Of a stretch of DNA of 64,000 bases, positions 35,558 to 46,017 are shown in pieces. The notes beneath the pieces were generated by a model. That model did no database searches. It was not told the origin of the DNA and worked only from the letters and a program-made list of their open reading frames with translations. Position 1 is the stretch's first letter. Each line of letters begins with the position of its first letter. Origin of the DNA: an uncultured Dehalococcoidaceae bacterium (GTDB taxonomy: Bacteria > Chloroflexota > Dehalococcoidia > Dehalococcoidales > RBG-16-60-22); assembly GCA_964480145.1 (NCBI GenBank), contig CAYZOI010000001.1:4530-68529 (forward strand). The letters run 5' to 3'. The translations under genes were made by a program, and so were the position numbers.

Positions 35558-37606
35558 TCAGGATAGCGCCTTCATTACCAGCTCGGCGATGTCCATAGTC
35601 CTGACCGATTCCGCCGCCTCTTTGGTCTGTATCCCGTCCTCAAACATCTGCAGGCAGTAGGGACAGGCCGTGGCAATGACCCCGGCTTTTGTCGCCAGCG
35701 CCTGCTCGGTACGCATTTCATTGATTCTCTCGCCCGTCTTCTGCTCTTCCAGCCACAGGTGCCCGCCGCCGGCACCGCAGCAGAAGCCGTGTTCCAGATT
35801 GCGTGCCATCTCCACCAGCTTCACCCCGCCGAGACGGCGCAGAACCTGCCGCGGCGCATCATAAATGCTGTTATACCGCCCCAGATAGCACGAGTCATGG
35901 TAGGTAACCAGACCGGGCATTTCCTTGATGCCCGGCAGTTTGCCTTCCTCGATCAGGCGGTTAATCAACTCGGTATGATGCAAAACCTCAAACCTGCCGC
36001 CAAACTGGGGATACTCATTTTTCAATGTATTGAAGCAGTGGGGGCAGCCGGTAACTATCCTTTTGATTCCGTAGTTATTCAGCAGTTCAATGTTCTGCTG
36101 CGCCTGCATCTGGAAAAGGTACTCGTTGCCCAGCCGACGTGCCGGGTCGCCGCAGCACACCTCTTCCGCCCCCAGGATGCCGAAGTTCACACCCGCCATT
36201 TTCAGTATCCCGACAATAGCCTGAGCCACCCGGGTGCTTCTTTCCTCCAGAGCCTCGGTGCAGCCGACCCAGAACAGCAGGTCAACATCACTATCGTCAG
36301 CCAGCGTTTTGACCCCAAGCCCCTCTGCCCAGTCGGTGCGGCTCAGTGTAGTCCCCCGCCACGGGTGCCCCCTGGTCTCAAGGCATTTCAGGGCGCCCTC
36401 CCCGGTCTCGGGAATAGTTGCCCGTTCCATCACCAGATTTCTCCTCATCTCAATGAGCTTGGCCATGGGTTCTACGTATACCGGACAGACTTCCTGGCAG
36501 GCATGGCAGGTGGTGCAGTTCCATATTTCGTCCTCGACCACCACTCCACCAATCATCCGCCCATTATCTTCCGGGGTTTCTTCCTCAGTTTTCCGTTTCC
36601 GCAACGCCGGTGCCCGCTCCAGCAGGTGTCCCCTCAGGTCCTGGATTACCTTCTTCGGGCTCAGCGGCTTGCCGCTGAGGTAAGCGGGGCAGCTGTCCTG
36701 GCAGCGCCCACAGCGCGTGCAAGCATCAAGGTCCAGCAGGTGCTTCCAGGTGAAATTCTGAATACGGTCGACCCCGAAGGTCTCCGCTGCCTCCATATCA
36801 ATCGGCACCAGGGCACCTCGTGCCTCAAGATTGCGGAAAAAGACATTTAGCGGCGAAACGATGATGTGCCATAATCGATTCCAGGTCAGTGAGATGTAAA
36901 TAATCGCGCCTAGCGCTAAAATAACATGCAGCCACCAGATAACCTGGTGCCAGGAAAGCAATGCCGACTGGCCCAGTCCTTTGAGCCCCAAAGCGACGAG
37001 GTAACCGCCGGGCGACCACGCTGCCCATTCCGGGCTGGTCTCCAGCTCGGTGGCGGCGATGCGTAACCCTTCAACGACAAAGCCGCTGAACGCCACCACG
37101 AGAAGAAGCAGCAAGGCAATCAGGTCTTCCAGCCGGTTATCCAGTCGGTCCGGTCTTTGAACGTAGCGCCGGTACATGGCCATAAGAACCCCGACAATGA
37201 GCAGCAGGCCAAAGATATCGAGAACCAGCGAGACACCAAGATAAACGTTGCCTTCCAGAAAGTCATAAACGTAATGGCTCACGGCTACCAGCACCGTCCC
37301 CATGAACAGGACAACACAGCCCGAAAAGATGAGGAAATGAATGACTCCCGGATACAATTCCCGGAAATGCGCTCCCCTGGTCACACCGAAGAGTTTGCCG
37401 TGCAACAAGAGGTGTACCACCGTGTAGGCCAGAAATGCCCGCACTCTTCTTCCCAGCTGGCCGAACCGGTCATCCGGTCGGCCGACTTTCCAGAGCCTTA
37501 CCCGGCGGTAGAATGCGTAAATAAAAATGCCGACCGCCACCGCGGCCAGCACATCCATAATAACGCCAAGCTGAATATTCCAGAATACTTCTCTCGTTGG
37601 CTCCAT
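35558..37606 (-). CDS. membrane-bound FeS oxidoreductase: NarI/DsrM-like TM domain fused to an HdrD/DsrK-like 2x[4Fe-4S] plus 2xCCG domain
   Basis: 682 aa. About 5-6 N-terminal hydrophobic segments. CTRCGRCQDSCP and CTTCHACQEVCP ferredoxin motifs. CCG motifs VCCGDP and FCCGAGGG. Confidence 0.8.
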   Translation of the reverse strand: MEPTREVFWNIQLGVIMDVLAAVAVGIFIYAFYRRVRLWKVGRPDDRFGQLGRRVRAFLAYTVVHLLLHGKLFGVTRGAHFRELYPGVIHFLIFSGCVVLFMGTVLVAVSHYVYDFLEGNVYLGVSLVLDIFGLLLIVGVLMAMYRRYVQRPDRLDNRLEDLIALLLLLVVAFSGFVVEGLRIAATELETSPEWAAWSPGGYLVALGLKGLGQSALLSWHQVIWWLHVILALGAIIYISLTWNRLWHIIVSPLNVFFRNLEARGALVPIDMEAAETFGVDRIQNFTWKHLLDLDACTRCGRCQDSCPAYLSGKPLSPKKVIQDLRGHLLERAPALRKRKTEEETPEDNGRMIGGVVVEDEIWNCTTCHACQEVCPVYVEPMAKLIEMRRNLVMERATIPETGEGALKCLETRGHPWRGTTLSRTDWAEGLGVKTLADDSDVDLLFWVGCTEALEERSTRVAQAIVGILKMAGVNFGILGAEEVCCGDPARRLGNEYLFQMQAQQNIELLNNYGIKRIVTGCPHCFNTLKNEYPQFGGRFEVLHHTELINRLIEEGKLPGIKEMPGLVTYHDSCYLGRYNSIYDAPRQVLRRLGGVKLVEMARNLEHGFCCGAGGGHLWLEEQKTGERINEMRTEQALATKAGVIATACPYCLQMFEDGIQTKEAAESVRTMDIAELVMKALS

Positions 37607-37633
37607 ATATATCCCTTCCGAGGTAATATATTA

Positions 37634-38119
37634 TCAGCGCAGTCGGGTAACGGCAAAGTAAACGCCGAGTGCCACTGATATCAGGTCAAACAAAATATGA
37701 AGAATGCCAGCAGGAAGTCCGAAAAATAAAAAGATGCTGACCAGGTAACTGATGATAACACCCGTGCCGGCTACCGCCGCCAACCCTCTGCCTCGTTTCC
37801 GGTTGACGGCCCGACCGACCACCTCACCGATGGCATAGCCGACGCCGGCACCGATTAACAGATTTAAGAAGAAAAAGGAGATAAAAGTATTCGTCAGCCC
37901 CCAGAGCACACCGCTGACCAGTGCCATGCCCAGGGCAGTGCCGACCGCCCTGAGGTAATATTTAGTGGAGACACGGTAGGTCGGCAATTTATATAATCGG
38001 GCACATTCCGGGCATCTGGCACCCACCAGTGTCTGCACCATGCACCTGGGGCAAATCGGCTTCCCGCATTTACTGCACCTGAGATTCGTTTCCACTCTGG
38101 GATGAGCCGCACACTTCAT
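37634..38119 (-). CDS. B-box/Zn-ribbon membrane protein, function unknown
   Basis: 161 aa. N-terminus CAAH..CSKCGKPICPRC..CPEC, then 3-4 TM segments. Shares 1 nt (38119) with the end of plsY. Confidence 0.6.
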   Translation of the reverse strand: MKCAAHPRVETNLRCSKCGKPICPRCMVQTLVGARCPECARLYKLPTYRVSTKYYLRAVGTALGMALVSGVLWGLTNTFISFFFLNLLIGAGVGYAIGEVVGRAVNRKRGRGLAAVAGTGVIISYLVSIFLFFGLPAGILHILFDLISVALGVYFAVTRLR

Positions 38120-38829
38120 CAGTCAATCTCGTCCCTTAATTCTTTGATAATCTCTGATTTGAAAGGGCGCCGATACATCCATGCTTTTCGATCCATTATA
38201 TCCCGGTCAAAAAGCAGGCGGTTCAGCAGCACTCTTTTCCTGCTAATTGAGGTGGCCTCAACCGCTCTTGGCGCCACCAGGCGTTTTATCACCACTATCA
38301 AAAAGATGGCCAGGAATCCCAGCGTCGTCGTCACCGGCTCGTAAATGGCGCTGACCACGGGCAACGAGGTAATGCTGACCAGCACCGGCAGCGGCGAGCT
38401 TCGCAGTACAATGACGCCAATGGCAAGACAGGCCAAACAGGTGACCGCCAGCCACGGCGTTATCGCATTGATTAACGGGAGGATAAGGACAACCCCAATT
38501 GCGGTGGCGATACCCCGGCCGCCACCGAAACGGCAAAAGATAGACCAGTTATGCCCTATGACTGCCGCCGCACCCACCATCAGCTGCTGGGCTACGCTCA
38601 GTCCCAGGGCCTGTGCCACCCAGACCATCAGTATCCCTTTGCCTAAGTCAAAAGCGCCGACTGGCAAACCGAGTTTCCAGGAGGTCATCCGCCAGAGGTT
38701 GCCACCTCCAATCTGACCCGTGCCGTACTGCCTGATGTCTATGCCGCGGACCAGCTTGGCCACGATATACGCGGCCGGGACGGAACCCAGAAGATAGGCT
38801 GCCAGCATTAAGGCAAACCAGATAGCCAT
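38119..38829 (-). CDS. plsY: glycerol-3-phosphate acyltransferase PlsY (acyl-phosphate dependent), with an extended C-terminus
   Basis: 236 aa. LLGSVPAAYIV.., ..HNWSIFCRFGGGRGIAT.. match PlsY motifs. About 40 extra basic C-terminal residues. Confidence 0.75.
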   Translation of the reverse strand: MAIWFALMLAAYLLGSVPAAYIVAKLVRGIDIRQYGTGQIGGGNLWRMTSWKLGLPVGAFDLGKGILMVWVAQALGLSVAQQLMVGAAAVIGHNWSIFCRFGGGRGIATAIGVVLILPLINAITPWLAVTCLACLAIGVIVLRSSPLPVLVSITSLPVVSAIYEPVTTTLGFLAIFLIVVIKRLVAPRAVEATSISRKRVLLNRLLFDRDIMDRKAWMYRRPFKSEIIKELRDEID

Positions 38830-38849
38830 AGACTCTCCGCAGGAATAAC

Positions 38850-39704
38850 TTACTGCAAATAGGCCAACTTTATCATTTTTGGCTCGGCCTGTGCAATCAA
38901 TCTGTCTACCGCCTCCATGGGTACCTCCACCCCTCCTATCAAGGTCTCTTTGCTCTCATCCAGACCGTGATAATCGCTGCCACCGGTAACCAGCAGCCCG
39001 TGGTTTTTCGCCAGGGCGATGAGGGTGCCTGTCTCTTCACCGGTATGATTGCCATAATAGGCTTCAATGCCCGCCATCCCGGCGGCCTTCATCTCCGCAA
39101 TCGTCGCTTCAGGCTCAGGAACGGTAAACGGGTGCGCCATAACGGCCACACCGCGGCTGCGCAATATCAGCTGCACCGCCTCCACCGGGGTCATCTTTTC
39201 CCGCTCCACATAGGCCGGGCCGTCACGTGCAATATACCTGTCAAACGCTTCCCCTATGGAACTGATATACCTTTTCTCCAGCATCGCCTGCGCGACGTGA
39301 GGTCGGCCGACGGCACCACTGCCGGCGATTTCCCGGACACGCTCCCAGCTTATGTGGACGCCGAGCTTGGAGAGCCTGTCCACCATACCCTGCGCCCGTC
39401 CTACCCGGGAATCACGAAATCTTTCCAGCGCTGCAGCCAGCTCTTCGCTGGTGTAATCAATAAAATAGCCGAGCACATGTACTTCGCCGCTGGGAACGTC
39501 CGTGCTCACCTCCACCGCCGGAATGAACTTAAGCCGGTCCAGTTTTCTGGCTTCTTCAAGAGCCGGCGCTATCCCGTCAACAGAATCGTGGTCGGTCAGG
39601 GCAATGACTTCCAGACCAAGGCCTGCCGCCTTGCGGACGATTTCCTGCGGACTGTGTCTTCCGTCCGAGGCCGTGGAATGAATATGCAGGTCAACCTTGC
39701 TCAC
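38850..39704 (-). CDS. PHP-domain metal-dependent phosphoesterase (TrpH/YciV-like)
   Basis: 284 aa. DLHIHSTASDG, ..LTDHD.., C-terminal ..GGSDYHG... Confidence 0.8.
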   Translation of the reverse strand: MSKVDLHIHSTASDGRHSPQEIVRKAAGLGLEVIALTDHDSVDGIAPALEEARKLDRLKFIPAVEVSTDVPSGEVHVLGYFIDYTSEELAAALERFRDSRVGRAQGMVDRLSKLGVHISWERVREIAGSGAVGRPHVAQAMLEKRYISSIGEAFDRYIARDGPAYVEREKMTPVEAVQLILRSRGVAVMAHPFTVPEPEATIAEMKAAGMAGIEAYYGNHTGEETGTLIALAKNHGLLVTGGSDYHGLDESKETLIGGVEVPMEAVDRLIAQAEPKMIKLAYLQ

Positions 39705-40474
39705 TATTTCTCCAGCTGCCGATATATGCGTTCAATACTTATTGCCCGGCCGCTGTCCTCATCCACATCAACCAGCATGGCATTGAGAACCGGCCGCCCC
39801 TTTCCCACGGGAAGACGGTGGGGCATCCCAGTGAGAAAACGTTTCAGGACTGATGCCACGTCATTGCCGATGATGGAATCAGTGGGGCCGGTCATACCGA
39901 TATCAGTGACATAAGCCGTGCCCTGGGGCAGTATCTGTGCGTCAATGGTACCGACGTGGGTGTGGGTGCCCAGAACAGCACTGACCCTGCCGTCCAGATA
40001 CCATCCCATGGCCATTTTCTCCGAGGTTGCTTCAGCGTGAAAATCAACAATTATCACCGGTGGCCTGTCCCCGGTCTCTTCAAGAAGCCTGTCCATTGCC
40101 CGGAACGGACAGTCGATATCATTCATAAAAGTCCGGCCCATCAGGTTGACCACCATCGTCTTACCAGTGATGAGGTAACCCCTCCCCGGTGCTCCCGGAG
40201 GATAGTTCAGCGGACGCAGAACCGGTATTCCACTGTCCAGTTCAGGAATGATATCCTTTTGCGCCCAGATATGATTCCCTGACGTCAGCACGTGAACGCC
40301 AATCTCAATGAACTCCTGGGCAATGGCCGGGGTCAGCCCGAAACCGCCGGCGGCATTTTCGGCATTGACAATGACCATGTCCAGCTTGTACTGCTGGCGC
40401 AATAGCGGCAGGACCTCATGTACCGCCTTTCTGCCGGGCTGGCCAACTATATCACCAATTACCAGTACTAACAT
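39704..40474 (-). CDS. ymdB: YmdB-family metallophosphoesterase (2',3'-cyclic nucleotide phosphodiesterase)
   Basis: 256 aa. LVIGDIVG, ..VNAENAAGG.., ..GNHIW.., conserved position after rny. Confidence 0.85.
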   Translation of the reverse strand: MLVLVIGDIVGQPGRKAVHEVLPLLRQQYKLDMVIVNAENAAGGFGLTPAIAQEFIEIGVHVLTSGNHIWAQKDIIPELDSGIPVLRPLNYPPGAPGRGYLITGKTMVVNLMGRTFMNDIDCPFRAMDRLLEETGDRPPVIIVDFHAEATSEKMAMGWYLDGRVSAVLGTHTHVGTIDAQILPQGTAYVTDIGMTGPTDSIIGNDVASVLKRFLTGMPHRLPVGKGRPVLNAMLVDVDEDSGRAISIERIYRQLEK

Positions 40475-40483
40475 CTATGTCCT

Positions 40484-42028
40484 TTACTTCGCGAAGTCAA
40501 CGGCCCTGGTTTCCCTCATTACGGTGACCTTTATCTGCCCCGGATACTCCAGGCCTTCTTCTATCCTCTTCACGATGTCCCGGGCAAGCCGCATCGCGCC
40601 CAGGTCATCAATTTCCTCCGGCTTGACCAGGATGCGGATTTCCCGTCCGGCCTGGATGGCGTAAGATTTCTCCACACCCTTGAAGTCGTTGGCAATATCT
40701 TCCAGCGCTTTCATTCGCTTCAGGTAGTTCTCCAGCGACTCCCGCCGGGCGCCCGGCCGGGCGCTGCTTATGGCGTCTGCCGCCGAGATGACGAAACCCC
40801 ACATGCTGACGCTCTCCGTCTCCATGTGGTGCTCAGCAATGCCCTGCACCACTTCCGGCGACTTGTCCCACTGCCTTACCAGGTCGGCACCGATCTGGGC
40901 ATGAGTGCCTTCCACTTCACGGTCAACCGCCTTGCCAAGGTCATGCAGGAGCCCGGCCCTTTTAGCGATGTCCACATTAGCCCCCAGCTCGGAGGCAATC
41001 ATTCCAGCTATGTAGGCAGTTTCAATACTGTGCGCCAGGCTATTCTGACCATAGCTGGTGCGGTATTTCAATCGTCCCAGCAGCCGGACAATCTCCGGTC
41101 GCAGCCCGTGCACACCAACCTGATAGGCTGCCTGCTCTCCGGCGCTATTGATATCAGCCTCCACCTCATCTTTCGCCTTGGCGACCACCTCCTCAATGCG
41201 TGCCGGGTGGATGCGCCCGTCCAGGATTAGCTTGCGCAATGCGTTGCGGGCGATTTCCCGCCGTACCGGGTCAAAACTGGATACGGTAACCGCCTCAGGA
41301 GTATCGTCGATTATCAGGTCCACGCCGGTCGCCTGTTCCAGAGCCCTGATATTGCGTCCTTCGCGGCCGATGAGTCTCCCTTTCATTTCGTCACTGGGCA
41401 GCGGCACCGCAGCTACCGTAGACTCAGTAACTATCTCTGAGGCACTGCGCTGAATCGCCTGTGACAGGATTTCTTGAGCCCTCCCATTGGCTTCTTCTTT
41501 CAGCTTGGCTTCCCACTCGCGAAGCCGCCTCGAGGTCTCCTGCCCCATCTCCACCTGCATGGCATCAACCAGCTGCTGACGTGCTTCGGCACTCGACATA
41601 CCCGAAATCAGTTCAAGCTGCTTTAACTGCCTGTCTCTTAGTTCACCAAGCTGGCCGCGTATCGAATCGATTTCCTTTTCCTTGCCGGCCATATTTCTCT
41701 CCCGCTGCTCGACGCCTTCAAGCTTCCGGTCCAGGTTTTCTATTTTCTGGCTCAAACGGTTTTCCTGGCGCTGCAGTTCGGAACGCCGCTCCCGGTATTC
41801 GGCGTCAACCGTGGCTTTAGTCCTTTTCGCCTCCTCCTGCGCATTGCCTAGAACCACCCTGGCTTCATCTCCGGCTCCGGCAATCATCTTGGCCGCCCTG
41901 CGTTCGGCAATGCGTATCTGCCGGTTGAACATTACCCGGCGGAAAATAAAGGCCGCCATACCGCCAAAGACGGCGCCAATGACAAAGGCAAAGAATATCG
42001 CCAGTATTACAATAAGATCCAAGCCCAT
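40484..42028 (-). CDS. rny: ribonuclease Y
   Basis: 514 aa. N-terminal TM anchor, coiled coil, KH domain (..[11 protein letters not shown]..), HD domain (..LLHDLGKA..). Confidence 0.9.
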   Translation of the reverse strand: MGLDLIVILAIFFAFVIGAVFGGMAAFIFRRVMFNRQIRIAERRAAKMIAGAGDEARVVLGNAQEEAKRTKATVDAEYRERRSELQRQENRLSQKIENLDRKLEGVEQRERNMAGKEKEIDSIRGQLGELRDRQLKQLELISGMSSAEARQQLVDAMQVEMGQETSRRLREWEAKLKEEANGRAQEILSQAIQRSASEIVTESTVAAVPLPSDEMKGRLIGREGRNIRALEQATGVDLIIDDTPEAVTVSSFDPVRREIARNALRKLILDGRIHPARIEEVVAKAKDEVEADINSAGEQAAYQVGVHGLRPEIVRLLGRLKYRTSYGQNSLAHSIETAYIAGMIASELGANVDIAKRAGLLHDLGKAVDREVEGTHAQIGADLVRQWDKSPEVVQGIAEHHMETESVSMWGFVISAADAISSARPGARRESLENYLKRMKALEDIANDFKGVEKSYAIQAGREIRILVKPEEIDDLGAMRLARDIVKRIEEGLEYPGQIKVTVMRETRAVDFAK

Positions 42029-42111
42029 TGTGTTACCCCCTTTTCTTTAAATTTCTATCCAGCGGGGGAAGCTTGAGATAGCTGTGCCACCGAGTTTTAT
42101 TGCTCCATAGG

Positions 42112-42756
42112 CTATCCCGAGCTATTCCCTCGTTCCTGCCATATCCTTTCCACTGTATGGCTGATGACTTCGTAGTTAAAACCGCGACGCCTGAGATAGT
42201 CACCCAGTCGACGTCGAAAGCTCTGATAGTCGGCTGGTGTACAGCAGTGTGTCTTCTGCAGTGCTGCCCGATAGGCGTTTTCCTCATCATCTACACCGGC
42301 TACCACCTTCTCGATAACGTCGTTCACGACCCCCATCCGTTTTAATTCCAGCCCGGTGAGCCACCGGCTTCGCGGGCGGAATGACTCCCGATTCTCCTTC
42401 CAGAACCGGGCAAAGGCCTCGTCATCCAGCAGTGCCTGCTCTCTCAGCCGGGTGATGGCCGCATCTATGATTTCCGCGGCAAAGCCGCGGCGTTGCATTC
42501 GCTCTCTGATTTCAGACTCGCTGCGCGGACGGTAGCCGAGGTAACGATAAGCCGCCTCCAGGCAGCGCTGAACCTCATCGTTACCGGCCAGCGACTCTAT
42601 CTGGTTGCTGGAGAGCTCCTGGCCTACCTGGAGGTTTTCTTTCGCCACAACCTCAGCCCCGAGGCTGAAGGCAAATCTGCCGTCCAGAAATATGTTCAGC
42701 CTCTTATCTCTCCGCTTCCCTGTGCGCAGGTCGGTAATCTTATTCACCCTATCCAT
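42112..42756 (-). CDS. recX: RecA regulator RecX
   Basis: 214 aa. Repeated three-helix RecX pattern (..YLGYRPRSE.E.R..) and position downstream of recA. Confidence 0.8.
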   Translation of the reverse strand: MDRVNKITDLRTGKRRDKRLNIFLDGRFAFSLGAEVVAKENLQVGQELSSNQIESLAGNDEVQRCLEAAYRYLGYRPRSESEIRERMQRRGFAAEIIDAAITRLREQALLDDEAFARFWKENRESFRPRSRWLTGLELKRMGVVNDVIEKVVAGVDDEENAYRAALQKTHCCTPADYQSFRRRLGDYLRRRGFNYEVISHTVERIWQERGNSSG

Positions 42757-42763
42757 TCCTTTT

Positions 42764-42801
42764 CAAAAAACACAAGGCCGAAACCTATGCCTCAGCCTTG
42801 T
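42764..42801 (-). terminator. intrinsic terminator/attenuator between recA and recX
   Basis: Minus strand reads ACAAGGC-(16 nt)-GCCTTGT followed by GTTTTTT. The recX SD/ATG follows 8 nt later. Confidence 0.6.
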
Positions 42802-42842
42802 ACACTCTACGGTATTCTGTTTTCTATTATTTTAATATGCCC

Positions 42843-43883
42843 TTATTTATCGGGCACGGCAAGATGAGTGTTACCGGCTGAGGACCTGATTCTCTGCTCC
42901 ATTTCCTGGGCAAGTTCCAGATTCTGCGCCAGAAATTGCCTGGCCGCTTCCCTGCCCTGTCCGAGGCGGACATCGCCGTAAGAGAGAAAGGCACCAGCCT
43001 TACTGACCAGTCCCATTTCCAGACCGAGGTCGATAAGATTGCCCTCTTTGCTTATGCCGTGGTCAAACATGATGTCAAATTCGGCATTTCGGAATGGTGG
43101 GGCAACCTTATTCTTGACAACCTTGGCCCTGACGTGGTTTCCGATGGCTTCGTTACCCTGCTTGATGGTTTCAACACGCCTTAGGTCAATCCGCACCGAG
43201 CTGTAAAACTTGAGCGCCCTGCCGCCGGGCGTTACCTCCGGATTGCCGAAGACAATGCCGACCTTCTCCCGCAGCTGATTGATGAATATGACCGCCGTCC
43301 CAGAACGGCCAATCGCCGCCGCCAGCTTGCGCAGGGCTTGTGACATCAGGCGCGCCTGCAGACCTATCTGTGGCTCCCCCATATCCCCCTCAATCTCAGC
43401 CCGGGGTACCAGAGCCGCCACGCTGTCAATCACAATGACGTCAACAGCGCTGCTCCTCACCAGTGCCTCGCAGATTTCCAGTGCCTGCTCCCCGGTATCT
43501 GGCTGGGAGATAAGCATCTCCTCTACATTAACACCACACTTTGCCGCATAGGATGGGTCTAGCGCATGTTCAGCATCAATATAGGCAACCAAACCGCCGC
43601 GTTTCTGTGATTCCGCAATGATGTGCTGGGCCAGGGTAGTCTTCCCGGAGGATTCCGGACCAAATATCTCCGTTATCCGACTCCTGGGAACGCCGCCCAC
43701 GCCCAAGGCCAAGTCCAGAGCCAGCGAGCCACTGGGGATAGCCTCCACGGGAGATATGCCCGCAGATTCTCCCATCTTCATGATGGAGCCCTTGCCGAAC
43801 TTTTTTTCAATCTGGCCAATCGCCAGCTCCAGTGCCTTTTCTCTTTCGGTAGTCATCTGCCTCTTTAACATAATAGCAGACAA
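42843..43883 (-). CDS. recA: recombinase RecA
   Basis: 346 aa. Walker [10 protein letters not shown], ..IDAEHALD.., L2 region. The start may be the Met at residue 10 (MTTEREKAL). Confidence 0.95.
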   Translation of the reverse strand: MSAIMLKRQMTTEREKALELAIGQIEKKFGKGSIMKMGESAGISPVEAIPSGSLALDLALGVGGVPRSRITEIFGPESSGKTTLAQHIIAESQKRGGLVAYIDAEHALDPSYAAKCGVNVEEMLISQPDTGEQALEICEALVRSSAVDVIVIDSVAALVPRAEIEGDMGEPQIGLQARLMSQALRKLAAAIGRSGTAVIFINQLREKVGIVFGNPEVTPGGRALKFYSSVRIDLRRVETIKQGNEAIGNHVRAKVVKNKVAPPFRNAEFDIMFDHGISKEGNLIDLGLEMGLVSKAGAFLSYGDVRLGQGREAARQFLAQNLELAQEMEQRIRSSAGNTHLAVPDK

Positions 43884-43943
43884 ACTTTAACAAAACAAGG
43901 GGATTAAATACCACTGCAGGTTGTTAATTGGGTGAAAAATTTT

Positions 43944-44672
43944 TCAAAAATCCGGCATCGGGGGGAGTGAGCGCTTGTGGGCGCTGCCGGCCATCATCTT
44001 TTCAATTTTCTGGCGCACTTCCTCTGATGCTTCGCCGGTGAGCACGTATCCATCAAGTTCTTCATAGCTCACGCGCATCTCGGCTTCATCCGTCTGCCCC
44101 TCCCACAACCCCGCCGAGGGGGGTTTATCGATAATTGCTTTGGGGACGCCGAGGTGGCGCGCCAGCTCTCGCACCTGAGACTTGACCAGATTGCCCAGCG
44201 GCATGATGTCCACCCCACCATCGCCGTGCTTGGTGAAGTAGCCGATGGCAATCTCGCTCCGGTTGCCTGAGCCGGCCACCATGTATCGGCGCTGGTTGGC
44301 GATATAGTAAAGCGCGGCCATCCTCAATCTTGGTTTCAGGTTGGCCTGGGCCAGATGCTTCAGCTCTGGATTATCCTTGAATTCAGGCAGTTCCCCCATG
44401 AAAGCTTCATAAGTCGAGTCAAGAGCCACCTCTACCGTGGGAATAGCGAATTTCTCCGCCACCGCCAGCGCGTGCGCTTTATCATCAGGGTTGCTGTGGC
44501 AGGGCATCATCACACCCAGCGTGCTCTCCGGAAAGGCGCGCTGGCACAATACCGCCAGCACCGCGGAGTCAATGCCGCCGCTCATGCCTATTACCACGCC
44601 CCGGCACCCTCTCGCGGTTACTTCATCTCTTATCCATGAGGTTAACTTATCCGCCAAAGCCTCGATACTCAT
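43944..44672 (-). CDS. nadE: ammonia-dependent NAD+ synthetase
   Basis: 242 aa. PP-loop GMSGGIDSAV and ..GDGG.D..P... Confidence 0.85.
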   Translation of the reverse strand: MSIEALADKLTSWIRDEVTARGCRGVVIGMSGGIDSAVLAVLCQRAFPESTLGVMMPCHSNPDDKAHALAVAEKFAIPTVEVALDSTYEAFMGELPEFKDNPELKHLAQANLKPRLRMAALYYIANQRRYMVAGSGNRSEIAIGYFTKHGDGGVDIMPLGNLVKSQVRELARHLGVPKAIIDKPPSAGLWEGQTDEAEMRVSYEELDGYVLTGEASEEVRQKIEKMMAGSAHKRSLPPMPDF

Positions 44673-44799
44673 CCATACCTCCGTGGTGGTTCTGCGTTAT
44701 CGCCAGTATACTACGGCACGGTTGAGCGGTCAAAATGGTGGTGTATTTTTTGTCCCTATTTATTATATACTCTATATACTCTGCACAGGAGGTGACGAC

Positions 44800-45948
44800 A
44801 TGCCTTTAAGCCACCGCGAAAGGGTGCTCAAAGCACTGAACCACCAGGAACCGGATAGAGTGCCTGTTGACCTTGGCAGCACTATCTGTACCAGCGCCCA
44901 TATGGCAACGTATCAAAAACTGAAAGCCCATTTCGGCATAGACGCCGAGGATACCATCATCAATAAAATGATGCAGACCGCCGCCGTGCACGAGCCCATC
45001 CTTCAGGCCCTGGACATTGACCTCCGTGCCGTGCTTCCCGGAGCACCGGACAGCAAACCGGTAAAGCAAGTTGGTGAAGACGGCTACCAGGACGAATACG
45101 GCGTGGTACGCCGCAAGCCGGCCAGTTCATTCTACTACGACCTGATAAAGTGCCCCCTTGCCGGCCCGATTACCATTCAGGATATAATGAACTTCCCCTG
45201 GCCTGACCCCGCCGACCCCGGTTATACCCGTGGACTGCGCGAACGTCTTTTATACTATCGGGAGAACACGGATTATGCCACCGTATTGCGCCTGCCGGTG
45301 CCCTTTGTCCATACCTCCCAGTTCCTGCGCGGCTTTGAAGACTGGTTCATCGACCTGGCAGCGGATAAAAAACTGGCCGGAGTCCTGTTTGACGCCTGCG
45401 TGGAACATAACGCCGCCGTGGCCGAGGAGATCCTGAAAGCAGCCGGTGACCTGGCCGACGTGGTGGCTTTCAGCGAAGACCTGGGATTCCAGAACGGACT
45501 TATCATCTCCCCGGAGCTTTACCGGGAGCTATTCAAGCCCCGCCATAAGAAATTCTTTGACACGGTCAAGAAGCACACCTCCGCTTTCATTCACCTGCAT
45601 TCCTGTGGCTCTATCTATAAAGTAATACCGGACCTGATTGAGCTTGGAACCGATGTCCTCAACCCGGTACAGGTCGCCGCCAGAGATATGGACTCAGGCA
45701 AGCTGGCTGCCGAGTTCGGCGACCGGCTGAGCTTCTGGGGCGGAATCGATACCCAGACCGTGCTGCCGAAGGGAACCACCGACGACGTTAAAGCCGACGT
45801 CAGGCGGCGCATCAGCGACCTCGCTCCCGGCGGCGGCTACATACCTTGCGCGGTGCACAATATCCAACCCGACGTGCCGGTGGCGAACATTCTTGCCATG
45901 TACGAAGCGGCCAAAGAGTACGGCAAATACCCTATTTCTCCGCATTGA
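44800..45948 (+). CDS. uroporphyrinogen-decarboxylase (URO-D) family protein, MtaA/CmuA-like methyltransferase type
   Basis: The track ORF 44437..45948 overlaps nadE antisense. ATG44800 (MPLSHRERVLKALNHQEPDRVP) sits behind CAGGAGG. 382 aa with a URO-D-like N-terminal motif. Confidence 0.7.
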   Translation: MPLSHRERVLKALNHQEPDRVPVDLGSTICTSAHMATYQKLKAHFGIDAEDTIINKMMQTAAVHEPILQALDIDLRAVLPGAPDSKPVKQVGEDGYQDEYGVVRRKPASSFYYDLIKCPLAGPITIQDIMNFPWPDPADPGYTRGLRERLLYYRENTDYATVLRLPVPFVHTSQFLRGFEDWFIDLAADKKLAGVLFDACVEHNAAVAEEILKAAGDLADVVAFSEDLGFQNGLIISPELYRELFKPRHKKFFDTVKKHTSAFIHLHSCGSIYKVIPDLIELGTDVLNPVQVAARDMDSGKLAAEFGDRLSFWGGIDTQTVLPKGTTDDVKADVRRRISDLAPGGGYIPCAVHNIQPDVPVANILAMYEAAKEYGKYPISPH

Positions 45949-46017
45949 GACAACTTATAGTAAATTAAATTGACCCGCAGGCGACGGAAGACGTAAAATT
46001 AGAGTGGGAGTACAAAA

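Noticed and set aside
44739-44790. Tandem TATATACTC x2 upstream of the URO-D family gene as a distinct repeat element
   Set aside because: It is only two short copies in an AT-rich promoter-like stretch. It is most simply a pair of overlapping -10-like boxes (TATACT) and is not worth a separate claim.
44437-44799. 121-codon upstream extension of the URO-D family gene
   Set aside because: The extension is antisense to nadE and crosses the intergenic region. ATG44800 has a CAGGAGG SD and begins the conserved N-terminal motif.
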